Numbered from the stretch's first letter, positions 1 to 9,720 are shown. The stretch is 64,000 nucleotides of DNA from Bacteroidales bacterium UBA6397 (GCA_002439875.1 DJQB01000036.1:139079-203078), one strand, 5' to 3'. The notes: a model not told the origin generated them from the letters alone. Translations and numbers: made by a program.

Positions 1-1170
1 CTGGTCTATCTTCGCGTAGTTTGAATCCTCGATAAGAGACCATGTGACCCCACGTGTGGTAGAGTTGGACGGGATGTACATCACACCGAATCTTGCGGTG
101 TTCCCGATGTCGGCCACCGTGTCCGGACCTATCACACTCAAGCCGCGGAGGATTACTTTTGTTTGTTCCGAATTGTCCGCCACCTTGTTGGCGTAATGCC
201 ACTTGAACGTCAGACTGCTGACCGCGCGGTCTGTCAATGATGTCTTGAACTCATCCACGACAATTGCCTTTTCAGAGCCATCCTTCTCGACAATATACCG
301 TTCTGTGGACGCTAGAAACTCAAGCCAGAACCCACCCATCCCAGCACTACCGACATGCCCGGAGTTTTGTTCGAAGTTCATCGTGCTGTCATTATCCAGC
401 TCCTGCTCGATCCCCGAAGTCACGAACACCCGCGTCTCCGACTCTATCGAGCGGTTGAACTTACCCGTTGCGTGAATATATTCATACGTCCCTCTCCGCC
501 CCAGAAACTTATAGGTCTTCAGCGGCAGCCGTAACCGTCTGGCGTCGAATGCATATATCTCTGATTTGCTTCCCGAATGTTCAATCCAAACCTCGTAACG
601 GGCAATATCTGATGCAGACAAACCATTTGTAGAAGCGACCGACATCATCGTGTCGTAAGAGACGTCCAAGTTGTACAGGCTGGATGTTCTTGTGCTGACA
701 GGAACGTACAAGCTGCAATTGGAGGAAACGCTCCCATTGTCGAATATGAAGCGGACATAAGCCGATGTTGCTCCCATTGTGGCGTTATAGAATGTGAGCG
801 TGTCCTTGCCTCCATCGTAGGCGGGCGATGTTTTCGGTCTTGTGCTGAATATGGCAGTGTAGATGTCGGTGTAACTGAATTTTCTGCACGGAAACACGCT
901 GAACGTATGCGAACACGCGGAATTACCTTGGCTGGCCTGGAAGGAACCATTGACAGTCGAGCCACCTCCGTTGATCAGAGCCCGCAGGATCTCCCCAGCT
1001 GGCAGCCGGACAATGCCGGAGTTCGGAGTCACGGCAAACGTCAGCACTTCCGTCGAGCCTCCAAAGATCTGAGTGAAGGAGACCGTTATCGTCACTTCAT
1101 CATCCGACTCCGTTGTCAGCGTCAGCCAAGAGCTTTCGTCAGCGAACTGTATGCTACCTGTAAATTCCAT
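1..1170 (-). CDS. Phage tail fiber / receptor-binding protein. Only the N-terminal 390 aa are present because the 3' end is cut by the window edge.
   Basis: My own translation from the ATG at 1170 (MEFTGSIQFADESSW...) stays open to position 1. It is absent from the ORF track because there is no stop in the window. The last ~50 aa (LRGLSVIGPDTVADIGNTARFGVMYIPSNSTTRGVTWSLIEDSNYAKID) resemble a Big_2 Ig-like repeat. Confidence 0.6.
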   Translation of the reverse strand, partial: MEFTGSIQFADESSWLTLTTESDDEVTITVSFTQIFGGSTEVLTFAVTPNSGIVRLPAGEILRALINGGGSTVNGSFQASQGNSACSHTFSVFPCRKFSYTDIYTAIFSTRPKTSPAYDGGKDTLTFYNATMGATSAYVRFIFDNGSVSSNCSLYVPVSTRTSSLYNLDVSYDTMMSVASTNGLSASDIARYEVWIEHSGSKSEIYAFDARRLRLPLKTYKFLGRRGTYEYIHATGKFNRSIESETRVFVTSGIEQELDNDSTMNFEQNSGHVGSAGMGGFWLEFLASTERYIVEKDGSEKAIVVDEFKTSLTDRAVSSLTFKWHYANKVADNSEQTKVILRGLSVIGPDTVADIGNTARFGVMYIPSNSTTRGVTWSLIEDSNYAKIDQ

Positions 1171-1246
1171 ATTCGTGCTTTATCATGGACATATCTTTCC
1201 CAGTCTTGGACAAATGTACGATTGCCATTGCCTTCCAGAAAGGACA

Positions 1247-2995
1247 TCAGATCTCGATGAACTCACCACGTGTAGAGACTGCCTCCGACCCCGCTGCCAC
1301 CGTCACCGAAAGTTTCGCCACGATCCATTTCCGCCCCTTGAAGTACACCGGCCTATACAGCCTGAAATTATGCAGATCGATAGGGGAGAGGTTCACATCC
1401 ACCGACACCCTCTGCCTCGTCTTACCCAGCCACTCAGCGAACTCCTTGTGGTACTTGTCCCACAGAGTTGATGGAGTCAATGATTGTGTCCCAACGAACA
1501 TCGCGTCACTTCTTGTCACCGGTTGAAAAACCCCATGTCCAAAAAACTGTCCTCCGTAAGACACCCCGATGTAAACCTTCTTATCTCTTTCATCACCAAC
1601 GGCATTCGGCTCGATGATAGCGGTCATTTTGTACACCCTGCTTGTGTCAGAGGAAAAGATCTTTTCTGGTGAACACTTTGGGAGAATGAAATCCGTACTA
1701 TTGTCGTAATCATCAGCATCATCTATCTTATTCTCAATTGGCTTGGCTCCTTGGAACAAAACATCGCATTCATAAGCCGTTTCAGTGTCAACGGTTACAC
1801 CTCCTCCAGTGCTTGTGTAACGCTTCTTTACGACTCCATCGTATTTTCTTCCGGAATAGACATCCCCGGTGCTTTTCTCAAACACAACAGAATAATCTTC
1901 CTTGGAAGTGAAGTGCTTAAGTATGCCTTTGAGATCACCTTCTTCAATCTGTTCGATGCTTCCGTTTTCAAGATTCTTTTCCATATCTCCCGACTCAGAA
2001 GAATCATCGTCCGAGAACCCGAATTTGTAGGACATTGCGGCCTCTTCCTCGGAAGAAAAGTCATCACTGATTCTGTCCGTCAAGTCCTCTATGTCAGTTT
2101 GATTGAAAAAATCTGTATTATTAATAAAACGCAGAGCATTTCCGTCATGGAATATGGTAGCACAGAAGATCCTGCATAGGTTTTTTAGAAGATCCGCGAA
2201 GGAAATGTCAGGGAGAAACGATGCGATGTCTGTAGTTGTGCTTCCAGACTGAGAGGGTTTGCCTGCTGCGGCTGTCTTGGAGCTGTCTGGCTTGGCCACA
2301 TCGTCGTAGAGATATTCATGGTATCTCCCCAAGATGGAAATTTCAGCCCATTCGTTCCGGAAAAGAAGATCACTCGGTATCTTGACAGGACATTCAGCCA
2401 ATATGACTCTGAGCGGCACTGAGGGAATAAAGGTTTTGTAGGTCACAGACTCCGAAGCACTGGTGTAATTGAAGTATTTCTGTAGGAACAAAAGGATGTC
2501 AGTGCTGACCATTCCAAATTCCGGTTCCCCTGAAACTGGCATCCTGCTGGCTTTTGAGTACGGTTGGACCGCCACATTGCTTTTGTTTATCAGCAAAGGC
2601 GTTGAAAACTTAGATGAACCGCTTGGAATGGAACCCGTGTCAAACTCCAGAATGCTCTTCTCCCAGATCTTCCCCTCCAGATCCACGACTTTCTCCGTGA
2701 ACGTGTACATCAGACACCCGTCCTCGATCCCGTCGTACACAAGCGTCCCGCTCACAAACGGCACGCCCCCGATCCACACCGAAGCCTCCAGCCTCTTCAC
2801 ATTCGGAGCCAGAAACATCGCAGGCGTGTACCCGAACACCTTCCGGTTCACCGGTGAAGGCGGAAACGAAATCTGCGTGCTGAAAGCCGAAGGAATATGA
2901 TCCTCCTCCAGCATCGGGTTCTCCATCTCGATCTGGAACTCAAACCCCTTAGTAAGATCCAGTTCCGTGTAGTCCTTAGTCAATATCCTAACCAT
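1247..2995 (-). CDS. Phage tail / baseplate structural protein (582 aa)
   Basis: Long ORF with the start refined to the ATG at 2995 (MVRILTKDYTELDL). It lies between the tape-measure region and the tail fiber. No specific motif was recognised. Confidence 0.6.
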   Translation of the reverse strand: MVRILTKDYTELDLTKGFEFQIEMENPMLEEDHIPSAFSTQISFPPSPVNRKVFGYTPAMFLAPNVKRLEASVWIGGVPFVSGTLVYDGIEDGCLMYTFTEKVVDLEGKIWEKSILEFDTGSIPSGSSKFSTPLLINKSNVAVQPYSKASRMPVSGEPEFGMVSTDILLFLQKYFNYTSASESVTYKTFIPSVPLRVILAECPVKIPSDLLFRNEWAEISILGRYHEYLYDDVAKPDSSKTAAAGKPSQSGSTTTDIASFLPDISFADLLKNLCRIFCATIFHDGNALRFINNTDFFNQTDIEDLTDRISDDFSSEEEAAMSYKFGFSDDDSSESGDMEKNLENGSIEQIEEGDLKGILKHFTSKEDYSVVFEKSTGDVYSGRKYDGVVKKRYTSTGGGVTVDTETAYECDVLFQGAKPIENKIDDADDYDNSTDFILPKCSPEKIFSSDTSRVYKMTAIIEPNAVGDERDKKVYIGVSYGGQFFGHGVFQPVTRSDAMFVGTQSLTPSTLWDKYHKEFAEWLGKTRQRVSVDVNLSPIDLHNFRLYRPVYFKGRKWIVAKLSVTVAAGSEAVSTRGEFIEI

Positions 2996-3072
2996 AATCC
3001 CAAGAATTATGGCACAAAAATAGCCGCCCACAGGCGGCCACAAAGGACAAAGGCCTATTTACGGAATAGACA

Positions 3073-3513
3073 TCAAGTCCTTCTTTTGTCTGATCCAGAA
3101 CTATTCCCTTTTCTAACGAAGAGAGAAACCACGGTGACAATAGTCCCGGCACTAAGGAATCCGGCAAACCAAAGCCTGTCAAGTTTTAAAGCGTACCCAG
3201 AAAGCGCGGCAAGAGCCAGAACAGAGAGGAACGCGAAAGCCATTCCCCACCAATTGATTCGGTAAGCCCTACGGTCTGACTTCTTGATTATGGAAAGCTT
3301 CTCCTTATCCACAAGATGCCTGTGAGCTTATTCCGAAGCAGCGGAGTCAATCAGAAATTTGACAATGTCGGGATTGATTTCTTTATAGGCTGCCAACTCT
3401 TGAGGCGAAGGGAGGTAACTGTCGTCAACGGTTAGGCTGTTCTCCAATTGCTTGCCCACGCCATCCTGTGTTGGAACTTCAGTTCTTCTCTGTAGTATTT
3501 GCTGTTTAGACAT
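3073..3513 (-). pseudogene. DUF2335-like membrane protein interrupted by one in-frame TAA at 3325..3327
   Basis: ORFs 3328..3513 and 3073..3312 are in the same frame. The read-through product is ...PSPQELAAYKEINPDIVKFLIDSAASE*AHRHLVDKEK... followed by 2 TM helices. This matches the DUF2335 layout as I remember it, with the stop where Q is expected. Confidence 0.6.
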
Positions 3514-3727
3514 TCTCTGTTTTGAGTTTTATCCAGGCGTTATGAACATCTTTCCCTACCATCTTCCAATCACCTTTGAGATGTTCCTTATCATTGGCCA
3601 GAGACGATGACTCTTCAAATAGTTCCTCCTTCATTTTTCTGACGCGTTCATCCTCTTGATAAAACTCGCCTCTGGATGCTTTTCTGAAAACACCCCTTAT
3701 GGAAATAAGGAACCTTGATAAAGTCAT
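3506..3727 (-). CDS. Hypothetical small protein (73 aa), first gene of a moron operon
   Basis: ATG at 3727 (MTLSRFLISIRG). It overlaps the DUF2335 start by 8 nt and is preceded by the conserved 88-bp repeat. Confidence 0.5.
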   Translation of the reverse strand: MTLSRFLISIRGVFRKASRGEFYQEDERVRKMKEELFEESSSLANDKEHLKGDWKMVGKDVHNAWIKLKTENV

Positions 3728-3745
3728 AATGTACTCTTTTATATC

Positions 3746-3833
3746 GTATCGCATTTGTATTGCGAATGTGTTTACAAAGAAACAACTTTCCGGACAAATA
3801 ATCAAGACTTCCCGCTGACTTTCACTTCGTTCG
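3746..3833 (-). repeat. 88-bp repeat, copy 1; it contains 30-bp element copy 1 at 3746..3775
   Basis: 3767..3833 matches 9751..9817 at 64 of 67 positions. The plus strand at 3746..3775 reads GTATCGCATTTGTATTGCGAATGTGTTTAC. Confidence 0.85.
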
Positions 3834-3878
3834 GTGGCCTTCTGGAAGAAATACAGCCGCCCGAAAGCGGCTGCGAAC

Positions 3879-4439
3879 TCACTTTATCCGTCTCATCCTT
3901 ACCTCCAACGGCCTGTTCAAATGCTGCTCCAAAGACTCTTTCAGCTCGTGGAAAAGAGACAATGAATATACCCTTGCGGAATCTGCCAGCACTTGGTTTT
4001 TACGGAGCCAAGCATTTGAGCGGTTCAAATGATCGTCACACGTTGAAAGACCAACGATATATCGCATCGGCTTATGGTTGCAATAGACATTGATGTTGGA
4101 AATAATGAACCGACAAGAATCTGGCATGCATTTGACATACATTCTGAAGGTTAGGTGATCTCCGAACGAAGTAGGCTTTTCCCCGTGGTTGAACCGAACA
4201 TCGTGCCCTTCCAGAACTACAACGCCTTTTCTTGCCATCTCACAATCGTTGACAACTCTGATTTCCGCAAGATTCGGCTTCCAGATGTTCAACTGATCCT
4301 CCATCCATTCGGCCTCTCTTCCGTACACTGGAAATGTCCCATAGATTGTAAGTGTGTCCGGTTTTATCGCCTGTCCGAAACAAGTCCCAAAGCAAGACAT
4401 CAATATGATCGCAGCAAAAATAACCTTTCTCATACTCAT
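3879..4439 (-). CDS. Secreted hypothetical protein, possibly DUF4468-like
   Basis: The N-terminal signal peptide MSMRKVIFAAIILMSCFGTCFGQA supports secretion. The domain guess is from memory only. Confidence 0.6.
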   Translation of the reverse strand: MSMRKVIFAAIILMSCFGTCFGQAIKPDTLTIYGTFPVYGREAEWMEDQLNIWKPNLAEIRVVNDCEMARKGVVVLEGHDVRFNHGEKPTSFGDHLTFRMYVKCMPDSCRFIISNINVYCNHKPMRYIVGLSTCDDHLNRSNAWLRKNQVLADSARVYSLSLFHELKESLEQHLNRPLEVRMRRIK

Positions 4440-4472
4440 TCAGAATTAGTGTCATCCAACCACTTGCAAAAA

Positions 4473-4760
4473 TCACTCCACCGTCTTGCCGTGGCGGAGG
4501 ATGTCGAACTCCAGCTCCTCGTTCATAATTTCCCTCAGAGCCTCATCCAATTGGTAGAAGGCTGAGTTCATCGTCCTGATCTCGTTGTCGAACCTGCCGT
4601 CCATCAGCAGTTCCTTCTTCTCGCACATCTGATTTTCCCACTGAGAGAACCGTTCCGCAATCTGGAATAATTCAATTCTGGTCTCAATGATGAAAGAGTC
4701 AGCCCCGATCTTGTGGCTTTCAGCGGCAACAGCCGCAACGTTTGAATTAGTGTTACGCAT
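4473..4760 (-). CDS. Hypothetical helical protein (95 aa)
   Basis: ORF with the start refined to the ATG at 4760 (MRNTNSNVAAV). It lies directly downstream of the tape measure gene. Confidence 0.5.
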   Translation of the reverse strand: MRNTNSNVAAVAAESHKIGADSFIIETRIELFQIAERFSQWENQMCEKKELLMDGRFDNEIRTMNSAFYQLDEALREIMNEELEFDILRHGKTVE

Positions 4761-5014
4761 GACTAATTGAATATAAAAACCCTCCGCTAAGGTCTGCGTA
4801 ACATACTTGAAGCCTTGCGGCCAAAATACTGTCACCGCTTTCGCAGGTAACGACCATACGGAGGGCAAATTTCCCTTAATAATATGTAAGCAATCTTTTA
4901 CGGAGAATAATCCAGCCGCTAAAGAATGCCATCAAATATGTTACGCACTGGCAAAGATGCGAATCTTTTTCCGATTTCCAAGAGTTTTGCGGAAATTTTT
5001 ATGAAAAAATCGCA

Positions 5015-8000
5015 TTATCCACCGTAAGTGCTCCTGCGTTTGGCACGATTGTACTTCTCCGTCTGCTCGATGATTCCGTTCTTGCCAAGCATCGACACAT
5101 CCGCCTTGATAGGCACGGAAAGCCTTTTGTTCAGCAGCTCGATAGCCTCCAGCAATTTCTCATCGGTCGCAGATCTTCCCGAAGCGACATTTCCACTACT
5201 CACAGAGCCGCTTCCGGTCACTGAGCTTGTCGAAGTGCCCGTGAACCCACCGCTTTCCCGACCGATGGCCGCACCCACCGGATAGACCGCCTCGAAGTTC
5301 AGGCTCTTCAACGTCCCTGCCTTCCGCGCTTCCTCCATCGTGGCCACAAACGGCAACAACGTCGGATTGCGCAACCCGTCAGCCGGAATCACATATTCCC
5401 CGCCATTCTCACCCACAAGCACGGTAGGGGAGGACACGAACCCTCTCTTGTCAGGAGACAGCCGCGCCTTGAACGCCTTGCCGTCCTGCGCCCTGCGAGT
5501 GTTCACGAAACCACCCTCTTCCGCACCGGTAGTGATAGGCTGGGCTGCTATCAATGCCGTTTGGGCCGCACCGAATGCCGCTACCATAGCGGCTGGAGCA
5601 GCACCAGCCGGCCATCCCCATTGCGCCAATGTCTTTGTGACCGACAAAGCCGTGTTGATTATGGCTTGCACAAGATTGAGGGCTTTCGTCCTCTTTGCCT
5701 GTTTAATCTCCATCTCCTCACGTTTGGCTTCCTCCTCGGCTTCCATCTCCTCGACCCTTGCGTTGTACTGCTCCTGAGACACCAATCCGGCATCATATCG
5801 TGATTTCAGATCCTTCTTTTTCTTCTCGTTGTTCTTCTTGTACTCATTGAACGCCTTGTTTTCCTTGGCGTTGGTAAGTTCGATCGCCTTACTTGCCAGC
5901 TGGAAGCCTTCCTGTGCAATCCCTCCCATTCCGGTCAAGGCATTCGCCAGATCTTCCGCTTTAAGCCTGCCATCAGACAGATTCGCAAAGAACTGATCCC
6001 ATTGCTCCTGCGACACGCCGAACAGGCTTCCTTTCCCTGTACCTGCGAAAGCCCCTGCTGTATCCTCTTTCTGTTTGTTCTTGAGTTCCGTGATCTTCTC
6101 GATAGTCTGCTGGAGTTGCAGTTTGTATTTCTGCAAGTCTTCTTCAGGAATCAGCCCACCGTCAAATTCTTTGCTTGTTGTGATCTTCTCCAGTTCTGTT
6201 TTGAGGTTCTCCAAGTACTCAAGGTCAGAAGACACCAACGCTGAGTTCATAGACCTTTGCAAGGAAGATTTTTCTACAGACGGACCTGCCGGCAAATCAA
6301 GCATTTGTCCGGAATAATCGTTCTGAATCTTCAACTTCTTAACCTCGTGTTCTGACTTAAGTCTTGCCATCTCCTTCGCCTCCGCATCCATCCGGATCTT
6401 CATCAGATTGTTCTGATGCTTCTTCTCGATAGCCTCCAACACCGCTGCATGATTCTCGTACAGAACCTGCGTCTCCTTGAACTTCTTGAGTTCCGCTTGA
6501 TACCGTGCCTCTTCACCGGCCATCGCAGCCTTGGTCTTGTCAGTCTCCACCTCGTTGATGATGGCCGTTCCCTCCTTGCTCAGTTCAGCGGCCTTCTTCT
6601 CGTTCTCCTGCTGCTTCTTCAACGCATCCTCCGAATGTTTCTTGATCTTCTCCTGCAACTCATTCTCGATCTTGGCCCTGTCTGCACCCTTCTCCTTATG
6701 AGCCGCCAGCCGAGCCGTCAGCGTCGCCACCTCCAGCTGGTAAATCCTCTCATCATATTCCTCCTGCGAAGCAATCTCCTTCTCATTGTACTGCCGCGTC
6801 AGTTCCGCCTTAGCCTTCAAGAACGCCTCATCATTGCTCAATGACCACTGCTTGTTGCTGCCAATTGGCGTGGTAGGCGTTGGTGTAGTACTTGGATTTG
6901 TGTTCGTTTCGGCAGGAGCAGTGACCGTTGATTGAGTCCCTTCATCGGTAGGATTCTCGTACTTCGATGCCGCCAAATTGAAGCCCTCCAAGGCATTCCG
7001 CTGGATGTCAAGTTTGTCCTTGCTATAGTGCCACCAACGACTGAATCCGCTTTGGCTGTCGTATGTGGATTGAGCTCTCTCCAGACCCATCTCGTAAACA
7101 CCCCTTTTGAATTCAATATGCGATTTCAGCTTTTCCAAATCGCCATCGTAGTATTTGAGCATCTTCTCCAAGTGCTCAGAAGACTCCTTGTAGAAACTTT
7201 GCTTTGATCCGGAAGACACCAGATCAGAAGTCTTCTCAATCAATTTCGTTAGCCAATCAATCACTTCTTTGATCGGTCCAGTTGATTCCTTGAACGACAA
7301 AATCAACCCCTCCCAAGCCGATTGCAACAGTTTGACAGAACCCTCGACCGTGTTGATTCTCTCCTCAGCGGTATTCTTCAGTACTCCGTTGACATCGTCC
7401 AACGAGTCTCGGAGATTCATAGCCGCGTCCGCACCATCCAAGAACGTGTTGAAGGCAGAAACCGACCTCTTGTCCGTCAGTTCCAACGTGGTGTTAAGGT
7501 CAACTCCTTGTGCCTTCAACGTCTTGAGACCGTCCATCAGTTCAGGGAACGTGCTCACAGGCTTACCCAAAGCGACCGCAAGCTTGCCACTCGAATCGGC
7601 AAGGTTCAACAGAATATTCCTTGTGGCCGTGGCCGCTGATGAAGCGTCAAAGCCAGCATTGGCCAATGTTCCGAGCAACGCCACCGTGTCCCGCAGCGAG
7701 AATCCGAAAGTCTTTGCCACCGGTCCGACCGTGGCCATAGCTGTCTGGTAGTACGTGAAACCGAGCGCGCTGTTGTTGGCTCCCTGAACGAGTACACCAA
7801 GAGTGTCTGCCGTGTCCTTGGCGTCAAGCCCGAACATCCTCAGAGTGGCTCCTGCCATGGCTGCCGCTTCCGGAAGAGTGGTCCCGATGGCCGTGGCGAA
7901 ATGCAGAACAGATTCCTGCATGTCCATGATGGAGTTCTCCTTGAAACCCAGCTTGGCAAGTTCCGTCTGGAGGAGCGTGACCTGCGAGGCGGTATATTCA

Positions 8001-8638
8001 GTGGTCCGTCCAAGCTCCATCGCTGAATATGTCAGTGCTTCGATGTCTTTGACATTCTTGCCGATGATGGTTGAAAGGTTCGCATTGGCCTGCTCGAAGT
8101 CCACGATTTTCTGGAAGGCCTTCGCCACACCTCTGATCGCTCCGGCAATCGCTGCGAATGCGGCCAAAGCACCGGCCTTGATGCTTGACAGTTTCTCCAA
8201 CGCCCCTTTGGTCTGTCCTGCCTGTGAGGTCAGTTCCTTGAGCCTTGCCTTGGTCTTCTGGACTTCCGCGTTAAGCTTCTTCCAGTTCTCCGTTCCGGGA
8301 ACCGCCTTGCTGAGAGCCGCCTGAGTCAGTTTAAGATGATTGCGAAGTTCAGCCAATGTCTTGTTTTCAAGAGATATGGCACTTTGGAGTTTGTTGTATT
8401 TATCCCTGCATTCAGTCAAGGTCTTCTCCTGATCCTTGAGAGTTTTTGTCAGGTTCTGATATTCCTGAGTGCCAGTCTTGCCGGCCTTCTCCAGATTCTT
8501 GAGCTCCGTCCTTGTCTTCTTGGTAGAACTCTGCAAATCCTTCATCTGCCTTTCCAGTTCCAGCATCTCCTTCTTCCCACCGTCCCCGTTGACAATCAGG
8601 TTCAGCCGAAGATCCTCATCCGTAATTCTTTTTGCCAT
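5015..8638 (-). CDS. Phage tail tape measure protein (TP901-type core)
   Basis: 1207 aa with long coiled coils. It has a core segment (EQANANLSTIIGKN...ELGRTTEYTASQV...GATLRMFGLDAKDT...) typical of the TP901 TMP family. The start was refined to the ATG at 8638 (MAKRITDEDL). Confidence 0.9.
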   Translation of the reverse strand: MAKRITDEDLRLNLIVNGDGGKKEMLELERQMKDLQSSTKKTRTELKNLEKAGKTGTQEYQNLTKTLKDQEKTLTECRDKYNKLQSAISLENKTLAELRNHLKLTQAALSKAVPGTENWKKLNAEVQKTKARLKELTSQAGQTKGALEKLSSIKAGALAAFAAIAGAIRGVAKAFQKIVDFEQANANLSTIIGKNVKDIEALTYSAMELGRTTEYTASQVTLLQTELAKLGFKENSIMDMQESVLHFATAIGTTLPEAAAMAGATLRMFGLDAKDTADTLGVLVQGANNSALGFTYYQTAMATVGPVAKTFGFSLRDTVALLGTLANAGFDASSAATATRNILLNLADSSGKLAVALGKPVSTFPELMDGLKTLKAQGVDLNTTLELTDKRSVSAFNTFLDGADAAMNLRDSLDDVNGVLKNTAEERINTVEGSVKLLQSAWEGLILSFKESTGPIKEVIDWLTKLIEKTSDLVSSGSKQSFYKESSEHLEKMLKYYDGDLEKLKSHIEFKRGVYEMGLERAQSTYDSQSGFSRWWHYSKDKLDIQRNALEGFNLAASKYENPTDEGTQSTVTAPAETNTNPSTTPTPTTPIGSNKQWSLSNDEAFLKAKAELTRQYNEKEIASQEEYDERIYQLEVATLTARLAAHKEKGADRAKIENELQEKIKKHSEDALKKQQENEKKAAELSKEGTAIINEVETDKTKAAMAGEEARYQAELKKFKETQVLYENHAAVLEAIEKKHQNNLMKIRMDAEAKEMARLKSEHEVKKLKIQNDYSGQMLDLPAGPSVEKSSLQRSMNSALVSSDLEYLENLKTELEKITTSKEFDGGLIPEEDLQKYKLQLQQTIEKITELKNKQKEDTAGAFAGTGKGSLFGVSQEQWDQFFANLSDGRLKAEDLANALTGMGGIAQEGFQLASKAIELTNAKENKAFNEYKKNNEKKKKDLKSRYDAGLVSQEQYNARVEEMEAEEEAKREEMEIKQAKRTKALNLVQAIINTALSVTKTLAQWGWPAGAAPAAMVAAFGAAQTALIAAQPITTGAEEGGFVNTRRAQDGKAFKARLSPDKRGFVSSPTVLVGENGGEYVIPADGLRNPTLLPFVATMEEARKAGTLKSLNFEAVYPVGAAIGRESGGFTGTSTSSVTGSGSVSSGNVASGRSATDEKLLEAIELLNKRLSVPIKADVSMLGKNGIIEQTEKYNRAKRRSTYGG

Positions 8639-8704
8639 AATCTCACGTGATTTATGGCACAAAAATAGCCGCTATCAAGCGGCTGCAAAGGACAAAGATG
8701 TTGA

Positions 8705-9148
8705 CTATCCGGCTTTTGGTGGATCAAAGAACTTTGTTCTGGTGGCGATGATCACGGTTAATGCCAAAGCCGCGAGGGATAGCCAGCCGACCACTTTCCA
8801 ATCGTAGATGTCGAATAGAGGCAGTGTCCAGATAATGATTGCGAAGAAAGCCAGAAAACCAGCGGCTGAGAGGATCACCTTCTTCATCAGCCACCTACGT
8901 TCTATTGCGAGCTCTCTTGTGTCCTCATCGGATGTCCCACAACTACTTTCATCTATTCCAGCTAATTTCTCTATACCCTTCCACAATGCGACGAAAGGGA
9001 ACGTGATGATGACGAACCTTTTTGGCTTGGATTCCTTTCCCGGTTTAGGTTTCACTCTGTCCTCCGGAAACATCTCCATCTTCAGGACTTGACCGATCTC
9101 GATAGCAAACTTTCTTAGTTCGGCAGGAAATGAGCCAAGTTCCATCAT
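8705..9148 (-). CDS. Membrane protein with 2 C-terminal TM helices; candidate Panacea-associated toxin
   Basis: 147 aa. Its start overlaps the upstream stop by 4 nt (ATGA at 9145..9148). The C terminus (VILSAAGFLAFFAIIIWTL...VVGWLSLAALALTVIIA) is hydrophobic. Confidence 0.6.
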   Translation of the reverse strand: MMELGSFPAELRKFAIEIGQVLKMEMFPEDRVKPKPGKESKPKRFVIITFPFVALWKGIEKLAGIDESSCGTSDEDTRELAIERRWLMKKVILSAAGFLAFFAIIIWTLPLFDIYDWKVVGWLSLAALALTVIIATRTKFFDPPKAG

Positions 9149-9720
9149 AACCTTGCAAACCTGTCAGTCTCAAGGAAATCCTTAAGGTACTGCAAAGCAT
9201 CCGAGGAAGCGTCTCCTTCTTTGGCTATATTTAAAAGGTTCATCTCCTTCAAAGAAGATCCGCTGTTGAAAGCGCGGCTCCACTCCTGCCCGTGCGTGTC
9301 ATCCATTATCTGGCTGAAAGACATTCCGGCTACCTTGCTGATTCCATAGTTCAGACATTCAATGTCAGACTGGGAAAGAAAATCCGGATCGGGATCTTCT
9401 TTCGCTGAATATCTTTCATTCTCGAAAGCGATGGCATCCGAGGCCAAGTGCATATTGTCTGCCTTATGGTAGTTGAGAACACGAGAATCGCCACGTGCCA
9501 TTTTCAGGACATTGTAGATGTTGGATGGCACCGGTCCGAACGGCAAAGCGCAGATGCAATCCTTGAAGAGGGGAGTGCCATACTGCGCAAGATGGCTCTG
9601 CTGCGCATAATAAGCCGCCTTCACAAGGCTGTAGATGTCCCTTTTCCTATCCTCGCTATGCGTAAGAATATACAGCAGAACAGCCTTGATTACAAGTATA
9701 TCGTCTTTTCCAAGCCTCAT
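9145..9720 (-). CDS. DUF4065 (Panacea / SocA / GepA-like) antitoxin-domain protein
   Basis: Start at the ATG at 9720 (MRLGKDDILVIKAVLLYIL). The segment VKAAYYAQQSHLAQYGTPLFKDCICALPFGPVPSNIYNVLK fits the DUF4065 core as I recall it. Confidence 0.7.
   Translation of the reverse strand: MRLGKDDILVIKAVLLYILTHSEDRKRDIYSLVKAAYYAQQSHLAQYGTPLFKDCICALPFGPVPSNIYNVLKMARGDSRVLNYHKADNMHLASDAIAFENERYSAKEDPDPDFLSQSDIECLNYGISKVAGMSFSQIMDDTHGQEWSRAFNSGSSLKEMNLLNIAKEGDASSDALQYLKDFLETDRFARL

Noticed and set aside
5361-5482. A diversity-generating retroelement, with the tape-measure segment and its copy at 35308..35429 as the template and variable repeat pair.
   Set aside because: No reverse transcriptase is in the window. 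The seven differences (C/T, C/A, G/T, C/T, A/C, G/A, G/C) are not adenine-specific.
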